Sequence record: OR327750.1
DNA: 64,000 bases
Strand: one strand, 5' to 3'
Origin: Escherichia phage KK4
Of the stretch, positions 29,980 to 41,195 are shown piece by piece; position 1 is the stretch's first letter; the number at the start of each line of letters is the position of its first letter. The position numbers were made by a program, and so were the translations under genes. The notes beneath the pieces were generated by a model. That model was not told where the DNA came from. It saw only the letters and a list, made by a program, of their open reading frames with translations, and did no database searches.

Positions 29980-31299
29980 TCACACATAAAATACGTCATA
30001 ACGACCACGGGTAACACCAACATAAAGAAGTTGTTGAGCCAATTCAGCATCTGCATAATGAATACAAGGTGTATAGATGAAAGCACGGTCTACAGACATA
30101 CCCTGCGCTTTATGGAATGTTGATGCAGGAAGTGCTTTCACTTTACTAAACTGTGATTTAGCATCCCAAAAATCACTCCATGGAGCTTTTCCACCCTTAT
30201 TCCAGTTTTTATAAGTTTCTGCTGTTTTACCTAAAAATAGGTTAAACTTATATAGCTCTTCATCAGATGAAATTATTTTAATCTTTTCACGATAATATTC
30301 ATCATCGCCGTAAGTTTCTACTGTTAAATCCCAATGACGAATTAAGTATTCTCCAGAAACACCACGAGCTTTAACAAATGTTGATGTATACTCTGCTTCT
30401 ATAATACGAACTAATTGTCCGTTATTAAAAATAATTTCTGACACAGGCTTTCCATCAATTTTATATGTTTTAATTAATGGTTCCTGCATTACAATAATTT
30501 CACCGACAATAAAATCTTTATCAGTTTCAAAAATCTTTTTACGAATAATGCTATTTAACTTGTCAACAGATTTATTCGTAAATGCCATTACGCGATTTTC
30601 AAACAAATCATCTAGAGATTTGACGATTGAAAAATAATTTACCATAAAATCGCGTAAAGCGGTATCACCAGTAAATCCACGTACTCCATGCCCGTCAACA
30701 ACTTTATCATAAATCCACTTACCGTTACGAACGTCAGTAGCTACATCAATAATAGGAGCATTACTGCGTTTAACTTCAGTGAGTTCACACTGATAAAAAT
30801 CTTTATGTGTAAAGAATGGACTGATATAAGCAGTATTTTCTCCTGGATCAACAGGTCTAATTTGCTTATTATCACCTATTCCAATTATAGTACACCAAGG
30901 TGGAATAGTTGAAAGCAGAATTTTAAATAGCTTTCTATCATACATTGACACTTCGTCGCAGATTAATACCCTGCATTTAGCTAAATCTGGTACTTCCTTC
31001 TGTTCAAAAAGAACGTTTTCTTCATACGTAACTGGGTTAATTTTAAGAATACTGTGAATAGTACTCGCTTCTTTCCCCGACAGTTTTGAAAGAATCTTTT
31101 TAGCTGCATGTGTAGGAGCTGCTAAAATAATACCAGTTTCACCCGTAGATATTAAAGCTTCAATGATGAACTTAGTAAGAGTAGTCTTACCAGTACCAGC
31201 AGGTCCATTAATAGTTACATGATGTTTCTTTTCTTTAATAGCCCTCATAACGATGTTAAAGGCATTTTTCTGGCCTTCTGTCAAATCATCAAATGTCAT
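29980..31299 (-). CDS. dda: Dda DNA helicase (SF1B)
   Basis: 439 aa MTFDDLTEGQKNAFNIVM...; Walker A GPAGTGKTT. Confidence 0.93.
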   Translation of the reverse strand: MTFDDLTEGQKNAFNIVMRAIKEKKHHVTINGPAGTGKTTLTKFIIEALISTGETGIILAAPTHAAKKILSKLSGKEASTIHSILKINPVTYEENVLFEQKEVPDLAKCRVLICDEVSMYDRKLFKILLSTIPPWCTIIGIGDNKQIRPVDPGENTAYISPFFTHKDFYQCELTEVKRSNAPIIDVATDVRNGKWIYDKVVDGHGVRGFTGDTALRDFMVNYFSIVKSLDDLFENRVMAFTNKSVDKLNSIIRKKIFETDKDFIVGEIIVMQEPLIKTYKIDGKPVSEIIFNNGQLVRIIEAEYTSTFVKARGVSGEYLIRHWDLTVETYGDDEYYREKIKIISSDEELYKFNLFLGKTAETYKNWNKGGKAPWSDFWDAKSQFSKVKALPASTFHKAQGMSVDRAFIYTPCIHYADAELAQQLLYVGVTRGRYDVFYV

Positions 31300-31607
31300 C
31301 GGAAAGTCCCTGCAATTGGAATACTAACAATACGCCCAGTATCTAGAATTCGTTGATATAATCTTTGTGTATCTACATCAGGCTTAACATGTTTAACTTC
31401 TATTTTATTAAACCAAAACTTGCGTGGAGTCTCAACTAGTCTTGGAATTCCCATACCTAAAGCTAGTTTATATTGGTCTTTGAGAGTAGTAAAAACTCTA
31501 TCAGCAATCTCTCTTTCAAAAAACACAGCAGGACGATGTTCATCAAGTGGAACTGGCGCCGTAAATCCGTCTTTGTCTCGGTAAACTATCGCATACACAT
31601 AAACCAT
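31296..31607 (-). CDS. hypothetical protein (103 aa), dda.1 position
   Basis: track ORF, ATG start overlaps next stop. Confidence 0.55.
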   Translation of the reverse strand: MVYVYAIVYRDKDGFTAPVPLDEHRPAVFFEREIADRVFTTLKDQYKLALGMGIPRLVETPRKFWFNKIEVKHVKPDVDTQRLYQRILDTGRIVSIPIAGTFR

Positions 31608-31608
31608 A

Positions 31609-32355
31609 TTATCCTCGGATAAGTTTAAAAATTGAACAATTTAGCGGGTATCCTCTTTTCAGTTTAAGTTTATCAATAAAAGACAAATTTTGATACCGCT
31701 CTACACCTTGAATAATTTTATCACACATATCATATTGCATTTCTGCTTCTGACAGCTTTTTCACAATTTTCCAATCCGAGCCTTTAAGAAGAACGTTCAA
31801 TTTAACAACTTCAGCGCCTTCTGCTATGCGAGAACCATCAATACGTGCTTTAAGTGCTATAATCCTTAGCTTAATGTCAGAGGTCTGTTTTGATTTAGAA
31901 AGCTGAGAAATGTGTTCAATTCGGTTTTCACGTTTTTTCTGTATAGCTTTAATTTGATTATAAGTCTTTTTGATTTTAGCCCATTTCTTTTCATCTAAAT
32001 TTAGTTTATGAACTTTTTTCGCAGATGAACGACCAATTCGCAAAGCAAATAAATCACGCTTTTCAATCAACTCTTCTAAAGTATAATCAGAACGAAATGT
32101 ATTATACTTTTTCTTTACTGCAATAACATTCCCTTTAATGTATCCAACGTTATTATCAAAACGTTCTAATGATAATTTCTCTCCTTCAATACGATTATCA
32201 AAAGGTTCTCCCGAGTAAGCACAAACTTTTTGATCTAAAATGTTCTTAATGTAATTGAAGTCTAAGTTAAAATCTTTAGAACGTCTTTTTGCAGATGCCT
32301 GAGTATGCTCTAGACGACGTTTAATTTTACGAATTTGGTTATTAGACAGCTTCAT
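31609..32355 (-). CDS. srd: Srd-like protein (248 aa) with degenerate HNH-like segment
   Basis: position between dda.1 and modA; lysine-rich; CAYSGEPFDN...NVIAVKKKYN. Confidence 0.5.
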   Translation of the reverse strand: MKLSNNQIRKIKRRLEHTQASAKRRSKDFNLDFNYIKNILDQKVCAYSGEPFDNRIEGEKLSLERFDNNVGYIKGNVIAVKKKYNTFRSDYTLEELIEKRDLFALRIGRSSAKKVHKLNLDEKKWAKIKKTYNQIKAIQKKRENRIEHISQLSKSKQTSDIKLRIIALKARIDGSRIAEGAEVVKLNVLLKGSDWKIVKKLSEAEMQYDMCDKIIQGVERYQNLSFIDKLKLKRGYPLNCSIFKLIRG

Positions 32356-32391
32356 ATTTTTCTCACATCTTACGGACGGTTAACTACTTAT

Positions 32392-32421
32392 ACTATAACA
32401 TTTTTACCTTAACTTGTAAAC
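32392..32421 (-). promoter_or_regulatory. early promoter upstream of srd-like gene
   Basis: revcomp GTTTAC 32416-32421, TATAGT 32392-32397. Confidence 0.45.
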
Positions 32422-32477
32422 AACTTTATGAAAAATGCTTTAAAACTTTCATGGTATAATGAATCTAAGTCCTTCCA

Positions 32478-33080
32478 TTATAGATTAAATCCTTCAAAAT
32501 CAAGAGTATAGATAGTGTATGTTGAATACTTTTTATACTCGTATCTATCCGCAATTCTAAATACACTTCCAGCTGGTATCATTACTTCTTGTTCATCTGA
32601 AACTAATTCCATATTACGATAGCGATGGCTATCCGGAAACTTAAAACTCGGACTATATTCTTTACAACGTAAAGCTTTTATAGCATACTCCTGGAAATTA
32701 AACACCATAGGAGCTTTGAATTCAAAAATAACTTGTGTGTTGTATTCTAATCCAGAAGCAAAATGTAGAGCTATATTTTTATCATATGAAGCTGATACTA
32801 CTTTATCAAATGTAATAATATCAATTCCTTGATTTAACACCTGTTTAGTCTCAACTGGAACACCTCTCCAAAGAGGTTTATCGTTTGGAACCAAACGAGA
32901 TTTGACTATTTCATTTAACCAAGAATGATCGTCTGGTTTATTAGTAATACAATGAATTAAAAGTTCAATTTCAGATAAATTAAATCCTTCAGAAAGTAAT
33001 TCTTCACGAATAGAAGCACGCACCGATGCATCCATTGATTTGATTTTAAAATCTTTTAATTGCATTGCTGAATATTTCAT
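32478..33080 (-). CDS. modA: ADP-ribosyltransferase ModA
   Basis: 200 aa; R-S-E ART motifs (LWRGV, SAS, E); paralogue of adjacent gene. Confidence 0.8.
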   Translation of the reverse strand: MKYSAMQLKDFKIKSMDASVRASIREELLSEGFNLSEIELLIHCITNKPDDHSWLNEIVKSRLVPNDKPLWRGVPVETKQVLNQGIDIITFDKVVSASYDKNIALHFASGLEYNTQVIFEFKAPMVFNFQEYAIKALRCKEYSPSFKFPDSHRYRNMELVSDEQEVMIPAGSVFRIADRYEYKKYSTYTIYTLDFEGFNL

Positions 33081-33700
33081 TCAACTACCTCAATATCATA
33101 CACTTTAAATGTTCCAAATGAATCGTGTAATTTTTCTTTTGAAATAGAAGTTATTTTATACTTTCCAATTGGAATCATCCATTCTTGTTCACGTACAATC
33201 ATCATTAAGTTATCAGTACGTTCTGAATCTAATCCATCAGTATCTTCATATGTATACTTAAATTCAGTATTAGGAGAAGAAAGTATAATATCGCTGATAT
33301 GGTCAGAATAATTAAAAGCTTTATCAGTTTTTAAGCGAAATATTATTTCAGTGAAATACTCAACATAAGAAAAACCACATGCTGTGTGCAAACTAGTAGT
33401 AAATGAATCTACTCTGTTCGTTGAAAACACTTCTCCGACTTGTAAATCTTTAATGAGTTCTTTTGTCGATTTTGATATACCACGATATAGCTGATAAGGC
33501 GATTTAGTTAAATGCTTTTTAACGATTTTATTCAACTGCCGATGAAGAGCTTCATTCTTTTTGGCTTCCATACACTGCCAAAGAACTGACTGTTCAAAGT
33601 CAGTAAATTTTTCACAGACCTTTTTATACATATCATATTGAAAATCAACGCTTTCAGCTTTTATAGATAACTGTTCAACATCTGCAAGATTAATAATCAT
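33077..33700 (-). CDS. modB: ADP-ribosyltransferase ModB
   Basis: 207 aa; LYRGIS...STN...E; ATGA overlap with modA. Confidence 0.8.
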   Translation of the reverse strand: MIINLADVEQLSIKAESVDFQYDMYKKVCEKFTDFEQSVLWQCMEAKKNEALHRQLNKIVKKHLTKSPYQLYRGISKSTKELIKDLQVGEVFSTNRVDSFTTSLHTACGFSYVEYFTEIIFRLKTDKAFNYSDHISDIILSSPNTEFKYTYEDTDGLDSERTDNLMMIVREQEWMIPIGKYKITSISKEKLHDSFGTFKVYDIEVVE

Positions 33701-33726
33701 GATAGCCTCCGTATACTTCAGAAGCT

Positions 33727-33756
33727 ATCATATCATCGTTAGGAAGGAAAGTAAAC
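33727..33756 (-). promoter_or_regulatory. early promoter upstream of modB
   Basis: revcomp GTTTAC 33751-33756, TATGAT 33727-33732. Confidence 0.5.
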
Positions 33757-33767
33757 AACTTTTTGAA

Positions 33768-33950
33768 TTATTTTGCCCAGGGAGCCCAGGGCGGAGGGTC
33801 AAGATGGTATGAAGCTAGTTCTTCTAGAAGAGCATCTGGGGCTTCAATTCCATAATTCTGTAATACTATACGGTACTCTTTCTTATAATCACTAGAATCA
33901 TTCTGGATATTCGTAGAATGATTATCTTCTAACATCTCAAATAAATCCAT
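33768..33950 (-). CDS. hypothetical protein (60 aa)
   Basis: track ORF, ATG start. Confidence 0.4.
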   Translation of the reverse strand: MDLFEMLEDNHSTNIQNDSSDYKKEYRIVLQNYGIEAPDALLEELASYHLDPPPWAPWAK

Positions 33951-33958
33951 ATTAATTC

Positions 33959-34429
33959 CTAGCGATAAAAACCAAAATAACGATTAGCTTCAATAATCTT
34001 TCTTTCTTCTTCGGACATTCTCCAGCGTAGTCCAACATCAAAATGAGCCCAGACCATCTTAACAAATGCATTTATATCTTTAATATCTTCAATAATGAAT
34101 GATTTACTTTTAGAAGGTTGACTCGCTAATTTAACTTTATCGTCTTCAAACAGGTCAAAAAGACCATATTCATGGGCTCTTTTATAGCCTTTAATAGTTA
34201 AAGCTTCAGAAGAAGAAAAAGGTGAATCAGTATTCTGCAAAATATCTTCAGTATGCTTTATAATTAGAATAACATTTTCTGGATATTTTCTTTCTTTTAT
34301 ATCTTTAATTAAAATATCCGGATTTTCTGCTAAAGGAATAATTAATGAGCATTTTTTACCAAGAGTATTTACTGATTTACCTTCTTTAGACATAAATTCT
34401 ATTGAATAATGTTTTGCTACTTCAATCAT
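33959..34429 (-). CDS. hypothetical protein (156 aa)
   Basis: track ORF, ATG start. Confidence 0.5.
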   Translation of the reverse strand: MIEVAKHYSIEFMSKEGKSVNTLGKKCSLIIPLAENPDILIKDIKERKYPENVILIIKHTEDILQNTDSPFSSSEALTIKGYKRAHEYGLFDLFEDDKVKLASQPSKSKSFIIEDIKDINAFVKMVWAHFDVGLRWRMSEEERKIIEANRYFGFYR

Positions 34430-34582
34430 GCGATTTCCTTTTGCCTACTAATGGACCGTCAGGAATTTTGTTTTCCTGGATATATTTCTCATTTTCTTCC
34501 ATCATTTTACTACCGATTTTAAGAAGCAAATCCATTGCTTCATTTGCTTTAGCTTTAGCCTCTTCTAATATCATATCTCTGT

Positions 34583-34786
34583 TCACGATTTATCCCCATA
34601 GATGTCTCTCATTAATTTAAGCGCTGAGCGTTCTAATTTCTTTTCTTTCTCAGCACTAATCATTGATTTCATCCATTCTTCCGATTCGTTCTGCATTTCT
34701 TTATTTGCTTGTTCAACCCAACCATCATCAATATACATCGAGTTTGGTCTATTGAACCATTCAAGCATCTTCTTCAGAGCTTTCAT
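34583..34786 (-). CDS. hypothetical protein (67 aa)
   Basis: track ORF, ATG start. Confidence 0.4.
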   Translation of the reverse strand: MKALKKMLEWFNRPNSMYIDDGWVEQANKEMQNESEEWMKSMISAEKEKKLERSALKLMRDIYGDKS

Positions 34787-35246
34787 TTGTTTTACCTAAA
34801 ACAACAGTAGGAGCATCATCAAATTCATGAATTTTGAGCAAATTTGGATGTAAACTATTCCATACAGAAGAAATAAAGTATGATAAAGCATCTTCACTCG
34901 CAATTATAAATTTATTTCCTTTATCTATTTTCCAACTATATACTGAATCGTACGAATAAAAAGATAAAGGTTTATTATTATATTGTTCTGCGCTAACATT
35001 AATGTATTCTGATTTAGTAAATGCTTCAATTGCTCTAAACGGAATATTTGGTACAGTTTCAATAATACCAATCTTTTTAAGTTTTATTTCAGCATCTTCT
35101 GGAACTGGCATTGAAACGAAATTTTCTACGAGATACATTGGGTCACAATAACCCTTATCAATCATTACTGCTACGGTAATTGGAACGTCTTTAGCAAACG
35201 ACATACTATTACTGCTAATATACATTTCAAACAAAATCGCTTCCAT
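34761..35246 (-). CDS. hypothetical protein (161 aa)
   Basis: ATG at 35244-35246 with GAGGAAA SD. Confidence 0.5.
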   Translation of the reverse strand: MEAILFEMYISSNSMSFAKDVPITVAVMIDKGYCDPMYLVENFVSMPVPEDAEIKLKKIGIIETVPNIPFRAIEAFTKSEYINVSAEQYNNKPLSFYSYDSVYSWKIDKGNKFIIASEDALSYFISSVWNSLHPNLLKIHEFDDAPTVVLGKTNESSEEDA

Positions 35247-35254
35247 AATTTTCC

Positions 35255-35596
35255 TCAATCACAAGATGTAGATGAACAACTAGAATCACAAGAACTTCCA
35301 CATGAATCGCCTTCCCATACATGAACAGGAACATTAGTATCATATGAATCAGAACTAGACTGTGTATTCTGCGTATTAGATGATGTAGTAGGTGTTGACC
35401 AGCGCCAAGGATTTTTATAATATTCTTGGGCTTCTTCATAAGTCATAGTAACTGCTTCTACTGTTCCATCTCCCATATAAACATACTCAACTACAGTTAA
35501 AGGAAGGTAGTCATTTGAAATAGGAACTACACCTTCCCCAGGAGTCGTAGAGAAAAAATCCGTAAAGAAACTTTTAAACCAATTAAAGATAAACAT
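35255..35596 (-). CDS. hypothetical protein (113 aa) with Cys/Ser-rich C-terminal tail
   Basis: C-terminus [18 protein letters not shown]. Confidence 0.5.
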   Translation of the reverse strand: MFIFNWFKSFFTDFFSTTPGEGVVPISNDYLPLTVVEYVYMGDGTVEAVTMTYEEAQEYYKNPWRWSTPTTSSNTQNTQSSSDSYDTNVPVHVWEGDSCGSSCDSSCSSTSCD

Positions 35597-35802
35597 TACA
35601 AAAAGCCTCTCTTGAATTCGACATGCTTTTCACCATAATCATATCGAATCTCTGCATTAAATTCGACAGAACCATCTGCGTACATCATAAATGAATGCAC
35701 AACAACTTCTGTAGACCATGGCTGTAGTTCATATTTCTTCATTACATGCCGTGAAATGATAATATCTAAATCTTCATTTGGTTTAATCCAACGATTTAAC
35801 AT
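35596..35802 (-). CDS. hypothetical protein (68 aa)
   Basis: track ORF, ATG start. Confidence 0.45.
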   Translation of the reverse strand: MLNRWIKPNEDLDIIISRHVMKKYELQPWSTEVVVHSFMMYADGSVEFNAEIRYDYGEKHVEFKRGFL

Positions 35803-35828
35803 AGTGCTCTCCTCTATAAGATAATTCT

Positions 35829-35858
35829 ATTATACCATACTCATTTTGGAAAGTAAAC
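35829..35858 (-). promoter_or_regulatory. early promoter
   Basis: revcomp GTTTAC 35853-35858, TATAAT 35829-35834. Confidence 0.5.
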
Positions 35859-35874
35859 CAGTAAAATGAAAAAG

Positions 35875-35892
35875 GACTCCCGAAGGAGTCCT
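35875..35892 (-). terminator. intrinsic terminator after soc (UUCG hairpin plus U5)
   Basis: GGACUCC-UUCG-GGAGUCC then UUUUUC on - strand. Confidence 0.65.
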
Positions 35893-35897
35893 TGAAT

Positions 35898-36143
35898 TTA
35901 TTCACCAGTTACTTTCCACAAATCTTCATTTGCAGCAATCCATTCAGTACGTTGATTTTCTTCATATACTGTAGAATATGCTGCTTTTTCTGAAGGGAAT
36001 GTCTGGTAATGAGCACCAGAAATTTTGTGAACGTCAGAATAAAGAGGGAAAGCTACGGAAATTTCCTTTCCTTCAATTTTCTTATTTCCATCTAATTTCT
36101 GCTCAAATGTTTTAATATTAACATAACCGCGAGTACTAGCCAT
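35898..36143 (-). CDS. soc: small outer capsid protein Soc
   Basis: 81 aa MASTRGYVNIKTFEQKLDGNKKIEGKEISVAFPLYSDVHKISGAHYQTF... Confidence 0.92.
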   Translation of the reverse strand: MASTRGYVNIKTFEQKLDGNKKIEGKEISVAFPLYSDVHKISGAHYQTFPSEKAAYSTVYEENQRTEWIAANEDLWKVTGE

Positions 36144-36159
36144 GTAATTCTCCTTTTAT

Positions 36160-36369
36160 TTAAATTACATGATTATTTATAATAAATTCTCGCGGAACGT
36201 TAAAATACCCGATTTTAGTTAATATAACAACATCGCCGTTAATAATTACCGGAGAATAATCTTCTGGAGCATTAAATTTCCAATGGGCTCTAATATTATA
36301 TCCATCAGAACCAAATGCTCGAGTAGCTGGTCTCCCAGCTTTTTGCCATGCGTAGAAATCAAATTTCAT
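36160..36369 (-). CDS. hypothetical protein (69 aa), soc.1 position
   Basis: track ORF, ATG start. Confidence 0.5.
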   Translation of the reverse strand: MKFDFYAWQKAGRPATRAFGSDGYNIRAHWKFNAPEDYSPVIINGDVVILTKIGYFNVPREFIINNHVI

Positions 36370-36560
36370 TTTGAATGCTCTATAATTAATTTTAAAGCTT
36401 CTTCACTGACAAAAATTTCGTCAGGACCTTCTATAACTTCAACCATACGAAGTTGATTAGTTAAGAGCTCACATACGAGCTCCTTGTTATAATCTTTAAA
36501 TAGCTGGTCAATACGTTTCTTATGGGCTTTCTTGAGCTGACGTTTATTTAAACGAGCCAT
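36366..36560 (-). CDS. hypothetical protein (64 aa), soc.2 position
   Basis: track ORF; basic N-terminus. Confidence 0.5.
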   Translation of the reverse strand: MARLNKRQLKKAHKKRIDQLFKDYNKELVCELLTNQLRMVEVIEGPDEIFVSEEALKLIIEHSK

Positions 36561-37078
36561 TAATAGCCTCGGTCTTGACGAGCGAAGTTTTCAGCATTTT
36601 TCAGATAATAAAGTTTAAAGATTTCCTCAGCTGACATTCCAAGAGCAATGAATTTATTCATGAAAAAGTGAAATTGATCAATCAGTTCAAATTTAATTTC
36701 AAGTTGATCTTCAGGAGATAAATCTTGAATTTTCTTGGATTGCATTTCAGAATAACGTTTCTTCCAAGGTTTCCATACAGCAGAAGCTTCTTTTTCGCCA
36801 TTACTCATACCGCCAAGAGAAGTATATAACTCGCGGGTTTCATCTGCGATATAATCGTCTTGGTTTCGCAACCAAGCAAGAACTTCTCCTGCAGTTTCAA
36901 GTGAATCAGGATGACGATTTGTTTCTGGTTTATCATTAGCCAAACGAATCTGTAAATGCCGCTGCATGTCAAGCATAACCTGCAGTGGGTCAATATTGTG
37001 CATAATATTCTCAGCATATGCACGATTTGCTTTATCAACACCTTCAATCAAATGAGCACATTCATTAAAGTGAGCCAT
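36560..37078 (-). CDS. 56: dCTPase/dUTPase gp56
   Basis: MAHFNECAHLIEGVDKANRAYAEN...; ATG at 37076-37078. Confidence 0.9.
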   Translation of the reverse strand: MAHFNECAHLIEGVDKANRAYAENIMHNIDPLQVMLDMQRHLQIRLANDKPETNRHPDSLETAGEVLAWLRNQDDYIADETRELYTSLGGMSNGEKEASAVWKPWKKRYSEMQSKKIQDLSPEDQLEIKFELIDQFHFFMNKFIALGMSAEEIFKLYYLKNAENFARQDRGY

Positions 37079-37138
37079 TATTTTTCCTTTCAATTCATTA
37101 ATAAGTTAAATAATTATATCATTTGAATATGTAAGCAA

Positions 37139-38478
<1,340 letters not shown>

Positions 38479-38503
38479 TATATCATCCTCAGCAATTTAT
38501 TTT

Positions 38504-38533
38504 ATAATACCATAACAAGCTGAGAAAGTAAAC
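38504..38533 (-). promoter_or_regulatory. early promoter for the 186-aa gene
   Basis: revcomp GTTTAC 38528-38533, 18-nt spacer, TGgTATTAT extended -10. Confidence 0.55.
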
Positions 38534-38577
38534 AAATTTATGAAATTTGTGATAAATATTAATTTAAAGGAGGACAT

Positions 38578-38778
38578 ATGGCACAAAAATTAATGGCACT
38601 TGTTAATGCCATCAAAGGTAATAAGAAACGTATAGCTTTTACTATTTCTGCTATGGTAGGAATTTTACTCTGGAACTTTATTTTATCACCAATTGCAATT
38701 GCGCATGGTGTTAATATTCCAGTAGTTACTCTTGATACATTCGTAGATCTAGCATTTGCTTTAGTTGGGTTAATTTAA
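38578..38778 (+). CDS. small membrane protein (66 aa) on + strand, divergent from the 186-aa gene
   Basis: AAAGGAGG SD 4-5 nt before ATG; TM helix IAFTISAMVGILLWNFILSPIAIA; ATAAATA 20 nt upstream; 3' end overlaps primase stop by 4 nt. Confidence 0.45.
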   Translation: MAQKLMALVNAIKGNKKRIAFTISAMVGILLWNFILSPIAIAHGVNIPVVTLDTFVDLAFALVGLI

Positions 38779-39803
38779 ATCTTGGCATATTTAGATAACC
38801 GCATTTTAGCCATTAACCCCTGGGCAATATTATTTTTCATATATTCCATAATTTGTTCAGGGGTTGCACCTTCCTTTCTAATCATATCATTAACATCTTT
38901 TGATTTCCAGGGAGATTTATCCCAAAACATAACCCTTTCTCCTGCATCAACTAATTTAGTCATTCGCTTGATAGTGTCAGGGTGACGAGGTTCATTATCT
39001 AAAACCCACACTCGTCTATCTTTAAATGGAACAACTTCTAGGTCTAATTGACCACCCGTAATAGCTATACCATTTTCAATAAAAAGTGAATCTATAGGTC
39101 CTTCTAGAACATATACATCACCATCTTTAACTCGTTCGACTCCATATATTTTTGTTGCCTCAGGATAAGCTTTGATGGTGATATATTTTTGAGGAGCATC
39201 TTTCTTTAATGCACGTCCTTGAAAAGACTCAGCTTTTCCATTAGCATTATAAATTGGAATAACAAGACGAGGCTCAGAAATTTCCTTTTTGTATGTTCCC
39301 GGTGCTATGCTATTAACTAATTTAGGCCATTCGGTTGTAAACCAAAGATATTTCCATTTATCCTTTGGAATACAACGAGCTTTTACATATTTTATAATTG
39401 GATGGTCTTCCGCCAATTTATCTAATCTGATGCATGACGGAAGAGATTTAATTATTTTCTTCTCAGGTTGTTTAGGAAGTTCTTTAGGTTTTTCTACTGG
39501 ACGACTTTTACCTTTTTCTTTTCTTATTTCAAAGATATACTCACGATATAAATCAGGTTCAAACTCCTTTAAATATATTCCGATTGGTGCATGATAGTTA
39601 CAGTTATAACAATGAATATTTCCTTCATTATTATCGCCATAATACCATCCACGGGCTTTATTTTGGTCGGTTTTTGAATCTCCACAAACTGGGCATCTAA
39701 ACCGTAATTTAAAAGTTGAACTATTATTTACTTGTGTGAATTTAGGTAAATGAGCTAATGCACGGTATGCAAACTCATTATCAATCCAAGGTATTGATGA
39801 CAT
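38775..39803 (-). CDS. 61: DNA primase gp61
   Basis: 342 aa; zinc ribbon CPVCGDS...CYNC; TOPRIM region. Confidence 0.92.
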   Translation of the reverse strand: MSSIPWIDNEFAYRALAHLPKFTQVNNSSTFKLRFRCPVCGDSKTDQNKARGWYYGDNNEGNIHCYNCNYHAPIGIYLKEFEPDLYREYIFEIRKEKGKSRPVEKPKELPKQPEKKIIKSLPSCIRLDKLAEDHPIIKYVKARCIPKDKWKYLWFTTEWPKLVNSIAPGTYKKEISEPRLVIPIYNANGKAESFQGRALKKDAPQKYITIKAYPEATKIYGVERVKDGDVYVLEGPIDSLFIENGIAITGGQLDLEVVPFKDRRVWVLDNEPRHPDTIKRMTKLVDAGERVMFWDKSPWKSKDVNDMIRKEGATPEQIMEYMKNNIAQGLMAKMRLSKYAKI

Positions 39804-39806
39804 TTT

Positions 39807-39970
39807 TACTCTTCTTTTTCTTTAGATTCCTCTTTTTTCTTTTTAGGAATCTGTTCAGGACCTTTATTTACTACAGCACCTGATATTGTTCCAGTAGAGA
39901 TATTTTCAGGATTACCACCTGAATCTCCAGCAACCATATCTTCTTTGATAAATTCTTTATATGTTTTCAT
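39807..39970 (-). CDS. small protein (54 aa), 61.1 position
   Basis: hand-translated MKTYKEFIKEDMVAGDSGGNPENISTG... Confidence 0.5.
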
Positions 39971-39971
39971 A

Positions 39972-40328
39972 TTAACCTCTATTCATAAAAGCATTAAAAA
40001 TTTGGTCATCAATAGATGGAATAGCAACCTTTTCGGCATCATTTAGCAAATCATTAATTTCATCAGATAGCATAACACATGTGCCTTTATTTCCTGTAAT
40101 TGTTACTGCACAATTACGAACGTTTTCTTTATCAAATTTTAGGTTAATATTTTCGTAGTGAAAATCCTTTAATGCCGAATATATCTTTAAAATGAAATTG
40201 TCTTTTACTACAATAAACCCAACCTCACTATTAAAACGTGGTTCATGGAAACTGTAATAAACCTTTTCATCTATAAAATCGTATGAAATTTTTTCCATTT
40301 TTAAATATGAAAATTCAGAACTATGCAT
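39972..40328 (-). CDS. hypothetical protein (118 aa), 61.2 position
   Basis: track ORF, ATG start. Confidence 0.55.
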   Translation of the reverse strand: MHSSEFSYLKMEKISYDFIDEKVYYSFHEPRFNSEVGFIVVKDNFILKIYSALKDFHYENINLKFDKENVRNCAVTITGNKGTCVMLSDEINDLLNDAEKVAIPSIDDQIFNAFMNRG

Positions 40329-40340
40329 ACTAACCTCTAA

Positions 40341-40634
40341 TTACTCACCTACCACTTCAGCGATGATATTTTTGTTATTAAAGTTTTTATCGCAATACAG
40401 AACATAATTATACTGCATTACACCACCAGACTTAAGCTGTTTTTGCACTTCAGCTTTCATTTCAGGACGATCGCGCTCAACGATATTCATAATATCTGCT
40501 TCAATTTGGGTTTCAACCTCAGTCTGATCCGCAGTCATAGACCATTCGCACAAATCTTTATCATAACCTGCCATAGCAGGCTGAGCAGCACAAGAAGCTA
40601 AAGCAAAAATTGTGGCAAAGATAAATTTTTTCAT
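40341..40634 (-). CDS. sp: spackle periplasmic protein Sp
   Basis: 97 aa with signal peptide MKKFIFATIFALASCAAQPAMA; position between 61 and dmd. Confidence 0.7.
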   Translation of the reverse strand: MKKFIFATIFALASCAAQPAMAGYDKDLCEWSMTADQTEVETQIEADIMNIVERDRPEMKAEVQKQLKSGGVMQYNYVLYCDKNFNNKNIIAEVVGE

Positions 40635-40662
40635 GATAATCTCCTCAGTAGTTTATGTTTAT

Positions 40663-40692
40663 ATAGTATCTCAATTTCCAACAAAAGTAAAC
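40663..40692 (-). promoter_or_regulatory. early promoter upstream of sp
   Basis: revcomp GTTTAC 40687-40692, TACTAT 40663-40668. Confidence 0.5.
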
Positions 40693-40694
40693 AA

Positions 40695-40952
40695 CTATTT
40701 TAAAACTTTTGCATAATCACATGTTACAAACTGTTTCTCTAGCTTGACGATTTTACGAAAGTATCTTTTGCATTGGCGAATCTGCCGCTTCGTAGGGCGA
40801 ACAGCAAACTTAATAAATTCCACTCGACCAAATGGAGGACTTTCTTCTGCTGGAATATCTAGCACCAATTCCCACGTATCTGCAATAAGTGCTTTGAATT
40901 GTGTATTTTTCCTAACGTTATACGGAGTAGGTTTAAATAAAACAATATGCAT
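40695..40952 (-). CDS. hypothetical protein (85 aa), 61.4 position
   Basis: ATG at 40950-40952 with GAGGA SD. Confidence 0.5.
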   Translation of the reverse strand: MHIVLFKPTPYNVRKNTQFKALIADTWELVLDIPAEESPPFGRVEFIKFAVRPTKRQIRQCKRYFRKIVKLEKQFVTCDYAKVLK

Positions 40953-40953
40953 A

Positions 40954-41136
40954 TTATCCTCGGCAATCCACTTCACACACTTTCTTGTCATCAATGAAAG
41001 CTTTAACTAATGCTTTATTAACTTCAGCATACTGAGTAGTAGCCCATTGAACGTCATCTTTCATCATTGTGGTTTCTTTAGTAAACATGCTTTCATTCTT
41101 AAACCACCCCATAAAAACTACCTTTACCAATTCCAT
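40954..41136 (-). CDS. dmd: Dmd antitoxin (inhibitor of RnlA/LsoA)
   Basis: 60 aa MELVKVVFMGWFKNESMFTKETTMMKDDVQWATTQYAEVNKALVKAFIDDKKVCEVDCRG. Confidence 0.85.
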   Translation of the reverse strand: MELVKVVFMGWFKNESMFTKETTMMKDDVQWATTQYAEVNKALVKAFIDDKKVCEVDCRG

Positions 41137-41165
41137 AACAATCTCCTCATTTAACCAACAAGACT

Positions 41166-41195
41166 ACTATACCATAGTCTTGTCAGCTTGTAAAC
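41166..41195 (-). promoter_or_regulatory. early promoter upstream of dmd, overlapping gene 41 stop
   Basis: revcomp GTTTAC 41190-41195, TATAGT 41166-41171; CAAGACTA..TAGTCTTG palindrome. Confidence 0.45.
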
